NCBI GenBank assembly: GCA_965662465.1 | Contig: CBFIIO010000011.1 | Span: 23,090-87,089 of the forward strand | Length of the DNA: 64,000 nucleotides | Origin: Planctomycetota bacterium | Lineage (GTDB): Bacteria > Planctomycetota > UBA1135 > UBA2386 | Direction of reading: 5' to 3' | Part shown: in pieces, positions 28,242 through 38,300 of the stretch | How the letters are laid out: every line of letters begins with the position of its first letter | How positions within the stretch are numbered: position 1 is the stretch's first letter | Made by a program: the position numbers and the translations under genes | The notes under the pieces: generated by a model | The model's database searches: none | Seen by the model: only the letters and a program-made list of their open reading frames with translations | Told to the model about the DNA's origin: nothing

Positions 28242-30668
28242 ATGATGATCAAGAACCTGTCATTCGTTGCGTTTTTGTTGGCCGCAAGCATTACGGCGGT
28301 GTTACCCGCCCAGGGTCGAGGACGTCGTCGGGCGCCGCCGCCGCCGCCCGTGCTACTTGCGGTTGATATCAATGGGGATGGTGAGTTGTCGGCCGATGAG
28401 CTCGACGATGCTAGAAGGTCTTTGCTGACCTTGGACAAGAATGGCGACGGCAACCTGACCAGTGGCGAGTTGGTGCCCGAAGAGCCAGTGGGTGGCGGTC
28501 GAAGCCCTCGCGGCGGCCCCGGCGGCCCCGGTGGACCTCCAGGCATGGGGGGCATGATGGGTGATCACCCTGTCATGAAGGCGCTCGATAAAGATGGCGA
28601 CGGCGAGCTGTTTGAAGACGAGGTCACGCAAGCCGCTCGTTCACTCGATGTCCTCGACGTGAATGGCGACGATATTGTCTCGGTGGAAGAACTATCGACC
28701 CGTCGTAGTGGCCGAGGCGGCTTTGGTCGCGGTTCGCGAGACGGCAACGATGGCTATGAGACGACGCCGTCGCCGTCCGAGCTTCGTCCCGAAGATGGCA
28801 CCGGTGTTGTTAAGGACATGGCGCACTTCCGCGAGCTGTCTTACCAAGGCGAAGAGGTGATGATTGATACGCACCTCGCTGATCAGGAGTTCGTCAAGTT
28901 CCAGATCGAGTCATCTGACGGTGAAAAGCCGCAGCTCTACTTCATGAACACGAACAAGTTTCGTGCACATCCGATGTTCATGCAGCACATCGGTGTTGGT
29001 GGTCGAGGCTTTGGTGGTGGTGGCGGCGGTCGCGGTCGTGGTAACGAGGAGCCGGGCACGCACCGAATGCGCGGTGTGCTCGTCTATCGGCCGATGCTGA
29101 TGTCGCCGTCGGGCAATCCAGGGCTGTTTACGTTCGAGTTCGAACCCAACGATTCCTATGCCTACAGCTTTATTCGGGTTGCTTACGACCAGTTGACCGA
29201 ACACGCCAAAATTTTGCAGGGCAACCTCTCCTACAACCTACTGCCGCGTTCAAAGGTCGCTTGGGAAAAGGAAAAGGATGCCTACATAAAGGGCAAGATC
29301 CCGGTATTTCATGCAGAAGATGTTTACGGCGAAGTTGGCTTTCTACCCCTCAACAAGGCCGAGTCGTATGGCCGTCTGCGTTTGATGGAGGTTGGGGAGC
29401 GTCCAAGTCCTCGCGATATTGTTCTCTACCGCTCATTGCCGAATGAGATGCCACGTGTTGCCGGAGTGTTGACTGGCTTTCGCCAGACTCCGCTGTCGCA
29501 CGTCAACTTGCGTGCGGTGCAGGATAACGTGCCGAATGCGTTTGTTATCGGTGCCGCGGCGATCCCGGAGGTGGTGGCATTGATCGGTAAGTATGTCTAC
29601 TACAAGGTCCACGATGGCGGCTACGAGTTGCGAGAAGCCAAAGCTGAAGAGGTTGATAAGCACTTCGCGGCGATGCGCCCTAGTAAAGATCAGGTGCCGT
29701 TGCGTGATTTGACCGTCAAGACGATTCGCGCTTTTGCGGATGTCGGCTTTGCAGACGGCAGTAACGTCGGCGTTAAGGCTGCTAACCTCGCGACGCTGCG
29801 TACATTCGGGCTTCCTGATGATCGGACGCCGGATGGATTTGCAGTGCCGTTCTCCTTCTACGATGCCTTTATGAAGCATAACGGCTTCTACGAAATGGCG
29901 CGTGCAATGATGTCGACCGCCGAGTTTCAAAAGGACGCTAACTACCGTGAACGGGCACTCGCTGCGTTCCGCAAGGCGATCAAGAAGGGCAAGACCCCGA
30001 GTTGGGCTAAGGGTGCACTCGGCGATGTGCAGAAGAAGTTTGCTAAGGATCAGCCGATTCGTTGCCGTTCAAGCACCAATAACGAAGACCTGCCGGGATT
30101 CAGTGGTGCCGGTCTTTACGACTCGTTCACGCACTATCCGAAGGAAGGCGCGCTGCATAAATCAGTGCGTCAGGTTTATGCCAGCATGTGGAACTTCCGT
30201 GCGTTCGAAGAGCGTGAGTTCTTCCGTATTGACCATATAGCAGCGGCAATGGGCGTTGTATTGCACGCGAACTCAAAGGGCGAGCAGGTCAACGGCGTCG
30301 CTGTCACGAAGGACGTGCTCTACCAGGCGCAGCATAAGGGTATGACGCTCTATTACGTCAACGCTCAGGCAGGCGAGGACCTTGTTACCAACCCGGAAGC
30401 CGCTTCGGTGCCAGAAGAACTCCTGCTATCGCCGCGCAACGCTCGTACCGATCGAGTGCTGCAGTATTCGAATCGTGGTAGCAACGGTGAGTCGTTGCTT
30501 TCGGAGGAGCATCGTCAGCAACTCCGCTCCAGCATGCTTATCTTGCGGGACCGTTTTGTTCGTCTATATGACCGGTCTGACGATGAGGACTTCGCGATGG
30601 AAGTGGAGTTCAAGATTGGCGCGCAGGGCAAATTGCTGATTAAGCAGGCTCGCCCCTGGATCGAGTAG
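28242..30668 (+). CDS. Exported EF-hand protein with C-terminal PEP/pyruvate-binding (PPDK_N, ATP-grasp) domain
   Basis: Signal peptide; four DxxGD loops; GVKAANL, PDGFAVP, RSSTNNEDL..FSGAGLYDS, EVEFK..KQARP. Confidence 0.85.
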   Translation: MMIKNLSFVAFLLAASITAVLPAQGRGRRRAPPPPPVLLAVDINGDGELSADELDDARRSLLTLDKNGDGNLTSGELVPEEPVGGGRSPRGGPGGPGGPPGMGGMMGDHPVMKALDKDGDGELFEDEVTQAARSLDVLDVNGDDIVSVEELSTRRSGRGGFGRGSRDGNDGYETTPSPSELRPEDGTGVVKDMAHFRELSYQGEEVMIDTHLADQEFVKFQIESSDGEKPQLYFMNTNKFRAHPMFMQHIGVGGRGFGGGGGGRGRGNEEPGTHRMRGVLVYRPMLMSPSGNPGLFTFEFEPNDSYAYSFIRVAYDQLTEHAKILQGNLSYNLLPRSKVAWEKEKDAYIKGKIPVFHAEDVYGEVGFLPLNKAESYGRLRLMEVGERPSPRDIVLYRSLPNEMPRVAGVLTGFRQTPLSHVNLRAVQDNVPNAFVIGAAAIPEVVALIGKYVYYKVHDGGYELREAKAEEVDKHFAAMRPSKDQVPLRDLTVKTIRAFADVGFADGSNVGVKAANLATLRTFGLPDDRTPDGFAVPFSFYDAFMKHNGFYEMARAMMSTAEFQKDANYRERALAAFRKAIKKGKTPSWAKGALGDVQKKFAKDQPIRCRSSTNNEDLPGFSGAGLYDSFTHYPKEGALHKSVRQVYASMWNFRAFEEREFFRIDHIAAAMGVVLHANSKGEQVNGVAVTKDVLYQAQHKGMTLYYVNAQAGEDLVTNPEAASVPEELLLSPRNARTDRVLQYSNRGSNGESLLSEEHRQQLRSSMLILRDRFVRLYDRSDDEDFAMEVEFKIGAQGKLLIKQARPWIE

Positions 30669-30688
30669 TCAATAGCTGGGCAGTGTGC

Positions 30689-31807
30689 TTAGCGCACGCA
30701 GCGAATGCTGCCATTGTCATCGAGCAGCGTAAAGGCTGCTCGCTTCCCTTGCGTTATTGCGCCGTAGTCAGCCGCTTCGATTAGCGATGCCGGATTGCTG
30801 CTCGCGATTTTGGCAAGCGTCCATGGCCCTGCTGATTTGACGAGCGTAAGGAAGTTGCGTGCGGCTAGGGCCATGGTTAGCGCCGACCCGGCGAGGTTGC
30901 CGTTGTCGTCGCGCACGATGCCTTGCTTAGCGGTGACTTGGATTCCTGAAAGTGAATAGGTGCCATCTGGCATGCCGGCTGCGCCGACGGCATCGGTGAC
31001 CAGAATCATGCGGTCGGGTCCGAGAATCTTGAATGCGTTGCGGACCATAGCCGCGGCGACATGCACACCGTCAACAATGATTGGGCACGACACGCGTTCA
31101 TCATCGAGGGCGAGCGCAGCTGGTCCGAGCTTGCGGTGGTGCAGTGGCCCCATGACATTGAATAGATGAGTGACGGCGGTTGCGCCGGCATCAACGCAGT
31201 CCGTGAAGCCTTCGCCTCGGTCGCAGTGGCCGAGTGCAACCGTTACACCTGCTTTGGTCAGCTGCCGAGTAGCCGTCACAGCCTGCTCGCGAGCATTCCC
31301 GAGCGTCATCAGTCGCAGTTTGCCGCGAGCGGCATTGAGCAATTCCTGCAAGCGTTCATGGGTCGGCTCAACAAAATGCTCGGCTGCGTGGGCCCCGGGA
31401 GTTGATAGGAATGGCCCTTCTAGGTGTAGGCCAAGTGGTTCCGCGCCTTGACCATCCCAGTTTTCTATCCACTTCGCGACTTTATCGACTTGTTCGAGGA
31501 AACTGGACCATGGTGCTGTGATCAGGGTCGGTAGGAACGCTGTGGCAGCGCCATCCCAAACCGCTTTTGCAACCACATTGAGCGCCTCGGGCGTTGCCTC
31601 ATCGACGCTGCGACCGCCTGCGCCATTGACCTGAAGGTCGACAAATCCAGGTAGAAGGGTGCCACGGAGCCTTTCTGCGTGTGGAGCCGCCTTGTTTTGG
31701 TCTATTGCCGTGATGCGGCCATCTTCGGATGCAATACGGGTGCTGTCCTGCACAACATGTGGCAGGGCAGCGCGGTCAACAATCCACTCGCGTGCTATCA
31801 CATGCAC
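30689..31807 (-). CDS. nagA: N-acetylglucosamine-6-phosphate deacetylase
   Basis: PGFVDLQVNG, HLEGPF, GAH, THLFNVM, DGVH, LAGS. Confidence 0.93.
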   Translation of the reverse strand: MHVIAREWIVDRAALPHVVQDSTRIASEDGRITAIDQNKAAPHAERLRGTLLPGFVDLQVNGAGGRSVDEATPEALNVVAKAVWDGAATAFLPTLITAPWSSFLEQVDKVAKWIENWDGQGAEPLGLHLEGPFLSTPGAHAAEHFVEPTHERLQELLNAARGKLRLMTLGNAREQAVTATRQLTKAGVTVALGHCDRGEGFTDCVDAGATAVTHLFNVMGPLHHRKLGPAALALDDERVSCPIIVDGVHVAAAMVRNAFKILGPDRMILVTDAVGAAGMPDGTYSLSGIQVTAKQGIVRDDNGNLAGSALTMALAARNFLTLVKSAGPWTLAKIASSNPASLIEAADYGAITQGKRAAFTLLDDNGSIRCVR

Positions 31808-31903
31808 ACCGTAGGTCTCAGAGGGTCATGTAGCCAGCGTTGTCATGACGTTGGTCAGAGTGGCCGTGGCGTCGGGCCGCCTAGATCGTAGGATCGCAGG
31901 AGA

Positions 31904-33514
31904 ATGGAGCGCATTACTTGCTTAGCACTAGGCATCTTTTTGATCTGTGGCGGGGTTGCTGGTGTGCTGGCCACGGGCTTGGTTCCGGCTGGTCTGGTTG
32001 ATCTGACTGCCCGGCAGCTAGAAAAGAAGCCATATGTCGTTACTAGGCCGAGCGACAACCTCGTCGAGGTATCTGAAGATAAGTGGTTTCTGGTGCCTAT
32101 TCTGTATGGCGACTTCGATTTGCAGATGGACATCGAGGTGTCAGAGGGGGCGGAACTCGATGTTCTTTTGCGGCAAGTCGAACCGCGCATCGTGGCAGAT
32201 CAGTTGTTGCCGTTTGCTGGTCGATTCTCTGTGCTTCGCCTGTCAACAGATGGTGATGACGTTGGTTGGCGAACACGTGACGAAGCCTTGCTCGGTGCCA
32301 GTGGTAGCGGCGTCAACATCACTGCTGGTCATTTAGCGACCGTGTGGATTCAAGCGCGCGGGCGCGTGCTAACGGCTAATGTTGCCGGCAAGGTTCAGCC
32401 GTCATTCTTGGCCGAGGATGAATATGGGATGATGGCAATGGTCGCGAAGGGCGGCAAAGCAGTCGTTCATCGTTTTGAGTTGACTCCCATTGAGGGGCCA
32501 TCAATGTGGCAGTGGTCCAGATGGCTGTGGGGCACATTTGGTATTCTTGGCGCTGCCTTGATCTCCTTGCCCGCAATGGTTGCCGGCCGCCGACGACGTT
32601 TGTTTTGGGCGGGGCCATCACTCGTTATTTGCACCTGGCTGCTCGTTCGCGGGGTAGACCTTGACCTCGCCTTTCCGGCGTTTGCTGGCCTAAGCATGGC
32701 GCTCATGTTGCCCATGCTGCTAGCAATAGCCATTGTTGTAGCGCCCAAGGCCAAGCTGAAATGGTTGCTGGCACCTTTGGTGCTAATCGCTGCGCTGGTT
32801 GCGAACCGCGATGCGGTTCGGTGGCCTGGACTGCTTGGCACGTTCTCTAAGGCTGTGCATAGTTCTTTTGCAATCGTGCAGTCGGTCGTTGTGAACGTTG
32901 CGAAAGTGACCGACTCCGCGCGTATTGATGCCGTGTTTGGTCCCAAGGCTGGAGCGCAGATAAGCGAGGCTCACGGCTTGTTGGTGCGCAGCCCGTCCGG
33001 GCTGATTGGTGTTGATAAAGATAAGCCGTGCGTATTCATGCTCGGTGGTCAATTGTTGTACGACCAAGGTATGCCCCGGGATCACCTTGCCCTGCAGCTT
33101 GGGTTGCAGTTGCGTGGTCAGCTGCGAAAGGCTGTCGAAGTGCCGTGTCTACCTACGATTGATGGCTTTTCTTCGCAGCAATGGCGGCTGTTTGAGCGCT
33201 TCTTTCAGCCTTTCGATCCCGACGTGTTGGTCTTGGGTGTTGGTGTTGATGAGTGCGCTCTTACCGAGGATGGTGCTGGACCACGTTCTTCGGCTGCAGA
33301 AATGCGTGAGACCATTAGCGCTGCGCGTCTGTCATGTGAGCAGCAGGGGCGGCAGTTGGTGCTGTTTGCCGCTGTGGGGCTGGCAAACGATCTGATGCTT
33401 GTGTTGCGTGAACAGGAGGCCTCTGGATTACCGCTAGTGGTCGCGTTGGAAGGTCGTTCATCGATCGATACTGCACGCCAGCTTGCAGATGTCTGTAAGC
33501 CGTTTTTGAAGTAG
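31904..33514 (+). CDS. Hypothetical multi-pass membrane protein (beta-rich N domain, TM bundle, possible degenerate SGNH-like C domain)
   Basis: 536-aa ORF with hydrophobic core; GFSSQQ..FDPDVLVLGVGVDE resembles SGNH blocks. Confidence 0.65.
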   Translation: MERITCLALGIFLICGGVAGVLATGLVPAGLVDLTARQLEKKPYVVTRPSDNLVEVSEDKWFLVPILYGDFDLQMDIEVSEGAELDVLLRQVEPRIVADQLLPFAGRFSVLRLSTDGDDVGWRTRDEALLGASGSGVNITAGHLATVWIQARGRVLTANVAGKVQPSFLAEDEYGMMAMVAKGGKAVVHRFELTPIEGPSMWQWSRWLWGTFGILGAALISLPAMVAGRRRRLFWAGPSLVICTWLLVRGVDLDLAFPAFAGLSMALMLPMLLAIAIVVAPKAKLKWLLAPLVLIAALVANRDAVRWPGLLGTFSKAVHSSFAIVQSVVVNVAKVTDSARIDAVFGPKAGAQISEAHGLLVRSPSGLIGVDKDKPCVFMLGGQLLYDQGMPRDHLALQLGLQLRGQLRKAVEVPCLPTIDGFSSQQWRLFERFFQPFDPDVLVLGVGVDECALTEDGAGPRSSAAEMRETISAARLSCEQQGRQLVLFAAVGLANDLMLVLREQEASGLPLVVALEGRSSIDTARQLADVCKPFLK

Positions 33515-33518
33515 TGCC

Positions 33519-34400
33519 ATGAGCGATTCGGATAATGACTTCGCCAAACTGACTGGATTGGTTTGTAGCGACAACCCTATTGAAGTCGGTCTTGCGCAGG
33601 ATCGAGCGTTGCAGTTGATGGGACAGTTGCCGAAGGCGCGGATTCTGGCCGCGAAGGCTTATGATCGCATGCGTGCATTTGGAGGCCGGGCACAGAAGTT
33701 TGGCACCCAGGCCGTGCTGGTCGCCGGCGAGCGTGTCTTGTGGCCAGTGGATTCCGGGGCCACGGACAGTGAGCGAGCCAAGTGGGGATTAGAGTCACTG
33801 GCTAATCTTCGTAAAGCTGCCGTCCATGCACCGTTGATAGGTAAGGCGACGTTGCGAGATATCCTTCGGGCTCGTCGAGATAAGCTGACTGAGGATGCGC
33901 TGGCGAGTTGTTCCGGTCGTATTCTTGACCATGGCTGCGCGGTGCTATCGAGCACATCGTCAGACGTTGTTGCTGCATATTGGCCACTGCCCGGCGAGGC
34001 TGATCCGCGGCCGCTTGCAAAGTTATTGAGTGAGCGTGATGGCGCTCGCCTTGCTTTGCCGGTTGTGGCTGGCAAGGACATGAAGTTCCGCGAGTGGAAA
34101 ATCGGCGCAAGGCTACAGCCGGCTGGCTTCGGCAGTTTTGGTCCTGACGAGAGTGCACCCGAAGTCATGCCGAGTATCGTGCTGACTCCGTTGCTGGGAT
34201 TCGATCGGCAAGGCGGGCGTTTAGGCCAAGGTAAGGGCTATTATGACCGCAAATTGTCAGCGAGTCTTGGGAAGCCGTCACCCCTTGTTGTTGGTGTCGC
34301 TTCGAGCTGTCAGCAATTACCGGTCGTGCCGACAGAGTGCCATGATCGCAGGCTCGATTTGCTGATCAGTGAAGTGGAGTCGATCGATTTTCGCGGTTGA
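33519..34400 (+). CDS. 5-formyltetrahydrofolate cyclo-ligase with ~100-aa N-terminal extension
   Basis: KATLR, AAYWPLPGE, LALPVV, PLLGFDRQGGRLGQGKGYYDR, HDRRLD. Confidence 0.9.
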   Translation: MSDSDNDFAKLTGLVCSDNPIEVGLAQDRALQLMGQLPKARILAAKAYDRMRAFGGRAQKFGTQAVLVAGERVLWPVDSGATDSERAKWGLESLANLRKAAVHAPLIGKATLRDILRARRDKLTEDALASCSGRILDHGCAVLSSTSSDVVAAYWPLPGEADPRPLAKLLSERDGARLALPVVAGKDMKFREWKIGARLQPAGFGSFGPDESAPEVMPSIVLTPLLGFDRQGGRLGQGKGYYDRKLSASLGKPSPLVVGVASSCQQLPVVPTECHDRRLDLLISEVESIDFRG

Positions 34401-34474
34401 GTTGGACGTCATACTGTTTGCTGTCTCAGGAGTCGAAGTCTTGCTGATACGCCGTCTAGTCTTAAGGTGAGGCA

Positions 34475-35242
34475 ATGGAGATCTTCGGTTTGATTGTTGC
34501 CCTGGCATCGCTCGGAGGTCTGCTTTGGTATGGACTGTCAGCATGGGAGCGATTGGTTCGCATCCGTCGCCGGCAGGACCCTGCTAGCTCATGAGGTAAG
34601 ACTGAGCAGGCGCGTGCCGCCCGCCCGTCAAGTGACCCTGACTTGCCGTTGGCTTTTCCGTCAATTGCAACGTGGCTGGCGTTCCGCGCTGATGATTCCG
34701 AGAAGGTCGCACGGTCGCTGCGGTTACGCACATTGTTGCCGGCAAGTTGGTCGGCTGGTTTGGCTGCGGTCGCGACAGAAGGGGTCTTCGTGACACCACC
34801 AGTGTGCGGGTGGGTGTTCGCAGTCGGGCGCGATTTGGCAGTGTCGACGCAGGATTCTACAGCAATGGAAGCACTGCTCTGCGGCTTGAGTGACCACTAC
34901 GGCAGAGTGCATTGGTTCTCGACAGACGAAGAGCGTGATGTGCACGGCTGGGCGATTGCAGACCGGGGTGAATTGGTGCGTGGCTACGCGTATATCGAGG
35001 AATACGGCCACACGTTCTGGCATGGCGAAATCATGCCAGAAGAGACCGCTTTGGGCTGTTTTCAGGACGATCCACGTGATCAGTCCGATGACCAAGTTAA
35101 GTGGTGGCCAGACCGCCAGGTTGTGTTTGCGCTTGCGGCAGCATGGTCGCTAGACCCATCGACGTTAGGCGGCAAAGCTACGCGTCAGGATGGCGGTTTG
35201 GGCGCCTCCAGTCCCGGCGTTGGTTTAGTGGGCCGAATGTGA
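34475..35242 (+). pseudogene. Membrane-anchored hypothetical protein interrupted by an in-frame TGA (34592-34594)
   Basis: AAGGTGAGG RBS, ATG 34475 and TM helix (MEIFGLIVALASLGGLLWYGL) are in frame with ORF 34643-35242; one stop codon in the linker. Confidence 0.6.
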
Positions 35243-35364
35243 CGCGTGTGGGGTGCTGATAGCAGCAAGTGTGACAAGGCCGCGACATGTCTTTGCCTTG
35301 ATGAAAGAGCGCTGGATTGACGATTACGTAGTATATGGGGCCGCTCAAACCCAACTACGAATCA

Positions 35365-38300
35365 ATGAATTACCGTGCTTGTGTATTGTTGTCTCTGCTA
35401 CTCGTTGCGCCTGCATTGATGGCGCAGGGAGCATCGACGTCCCTCTATGGCCGTGCTCTCTCGCATGAAGACTATGATTCATGGAACTCGCTGAAAAACG
35501 TTGCCTATAGCAACGATGGCAAGTGGGTTGCATACCAAGTGGATCCGGCATTTGGTGACGGCGAGTTGGTCATCAGGCAGACGGAGGGTGACGTTGTGCA
35601 CCGACACGCCCTGGCTAGTTCGGCACGTTTTTCAGCTGACGGTCGGTATGTTGGGTTCACGGTTGGCAAGTCCAGCATCGAAGCGCGCGAGAAACAAATC
35701 GCTGAGCTTCGCAAGAAAGGTAAAGCACAGCAAAGCGGTGGGGCTGCAGCTCCAACCGGTCGCGGTGGTCGTGGCGGAGCCTTCGCCGGACGTCGCCCGA
35801 CTGGGGCCGCTGCACCGTCACCTGTCACAGCTACTGCCCGCCGTCGAGGCGCTAGTCGTGGCGGTCGCTTCGGGCGCGGTGGTCGTGGTGGTGGCAGTAG
35901 CGATAGCGGCGGCAGTGGGGACTTGTTCTTGCTCGACTTGCAGTCCGGCAATGTCGAGTCGATTGGCAAGGTGTCACGTTGGACGATGTCTTCGGACATC
36001 ACGATGCTGCTTTATCAGTTGAGCAGCGATGGCGACGATGGTGGTGAAGAAGGGTCTGGTGGTGCTGATGCAGGGGCTCGCGGCGGGCGTCGCGGTGGCG
36101 GACGTCGTGGTCGTCAAGCAGGCGGGCGCGGTGCGCCGACCGGCGCCGACGGTTCCGCTGATAGCGGTCGTAGTCGCCGCATTCCGAGTGGGTCGGAGTT
36201 ACTGATCCGCAACCTTGCCACCGGCAAGAAGCGTGAGATTACCGATGTGGTCAGCTATGGTCTGGTTCAAAAATCCACGGCTCTCTGGTTTCACCGTTCC
36301 GCGCAGAAGTCTGACAACGACCAGGAATACGGCGTCTTTGTTCAGGCTCCCGACGGTGAAGATTCGCGGCAATTACTGGACGGCCTCGCCAATGTCTCCA
36401 GCGTTACGGTGTCTCGCGATGGTCAGCACTTCGCGTTTCTAAGTGACAAGGTTGAGTTTGGCGATGACAAGCCAAACAAGGATCTCTATCTGTGGTCCCG
36501 ACAGCGGGATTTGTCAGCAGGTGGAGACGGTATGGCTAAGCGCATTGCATATATCGGTGCTGTGGGTATGCCACCAAGTATGCGCGTTGACGGGCAGCCG
36601 TCATTCTCGCGCGACGGTAACGCTTTGTCGTTCACTGTGTCGTCGCCGACTCCGCCACCGGAGTTGCCAATTCTTGACGAAGACAAAGTCGAGCTTGATC
36701 TCTGGAGCTATCGCGATGGCCTTTTGCAAACGATGCAGGCAGTTCGTCGTGGCCGTGGAGGGAGTGCGAAAACTGCGGTCTACTGGGCGGATACCGGCAA
36801 GCTGCTAGTCGTCGGCGATGAGCGAATCCCGTCGCTGCGCTTTATTGGTATGGATGGTGCTCGGATGCTCGGCAGCGACAGCGTGCCTTATGAAAAAGAG
36901 GTGCAGTGGGACACCCGTTACTCAGATCAGTGGCTAGTGGATGCGCATAATGGTGAGCGTACGCGCGTCATTGCCAAGCTTCGCGGTCGAGTCAGCAGTT
37001 CGCCGGGCGGACGCTACCTGACTTGGTTTGACGAGAAGTATCATTGGATCTGTATGGATGTTGCGACCGGTGAGCGCCGAAATCTGACCGGCAGCCTCAA
37101 GGTTCCATTCCATAAATATGATGATGATCATCCAGCGCCAGCTGCGGCCTATGGCCTTGCTGGATGGACCGAAGACGATGGTGCAGTGCTGCTTTACGAT
37201 GAGTTTGACCTGTGGCGTATCGCTCCAGAGAGTGGTCGTGCCGTTTGTGTTACGGATGGGTTTGGCCGCGAACATCGTCTGCAATTTCGCTTGCAGCAGA
37301 TGCCGTCCGAAGACGACTCGCCGTGGATTGGAGAAGAGCTTCTGTTGTCGGCACGCAACATGGAGACGATGGCGATGGGCTTCTATGCCGATGCCGTGCA
37401 GCGTTCGCAGATGCCGGCAAAGTTGTGGATGGTCAATAAGTCGATTCGTGGTTTGACCAGTCCGAAGAAGAGTGCGCGCTTGTTCTTTAACCTGTCGACG
37501 TTCCGTGAATACGGCGATCTGTGGACAGCAAAGGCAGACTTCTCCGCGCCAAAAAAGTTGACGGATGTGAATCCTCAGCAGGAGCAGTTCCGCTGGGGTG
37601 ACTCCGAAATTGTGAAATGGACTGACGGCAATGGTGAGTCTCGCTCGGGTGTGCTGATTAAGCCCGACGGGTTCGATCCCAATAAGCAGTATCCGATGAT
37701 GGTCTACTTCTATGAGAAGATGACGCAGAACCTTCACAGGTATGTGGCTCCTGCATCGGGGACCTCGCCAAATGCGTCCTATTACGTGAGCAATGGCTAT
37801 CTGTGGTTTATGCCCGACGTTGTTTACGAGGTTGGCTACCCTGGTCCCTCCTGTGTGAAATGTGTTGTCTCAGGCGTGCAGCATCTGATTTCGCAGGGCT
37901 TTGTCGATAAAGATGCGATCGGTGCTGCTGGTCACAGTTGGGGTGGATACCAGACGGCGTTCTTGGTGACGCGCACCAACATCTTTAAGGCCGTTGAGAG
38001 CGGTGCGCCTGTCAGCAACATGTTGTCGGCCTACGGCGGCATTCGTTACGACAGCGGCATGTCACGTCAGTTCCAATACGAGCAGACGCAGTCACGTATT
38101 GGCGGGACGCCGTGGCAATATCCGCTGCGCTATACCGAGAACTCGCCAATTCACTTTGCCGACAAGGTGCAGACACCGGTGCTGATTCTGCACAACGACA
38201 AGGATGGCGCTGTGCCGTGGACGCAAGGCATTGAGTACTTTGTCGCGTTGAAGCGCCTCGGAAAAGAGGCCTACTTTTTCAATTACAACGGCGAGCCGCA

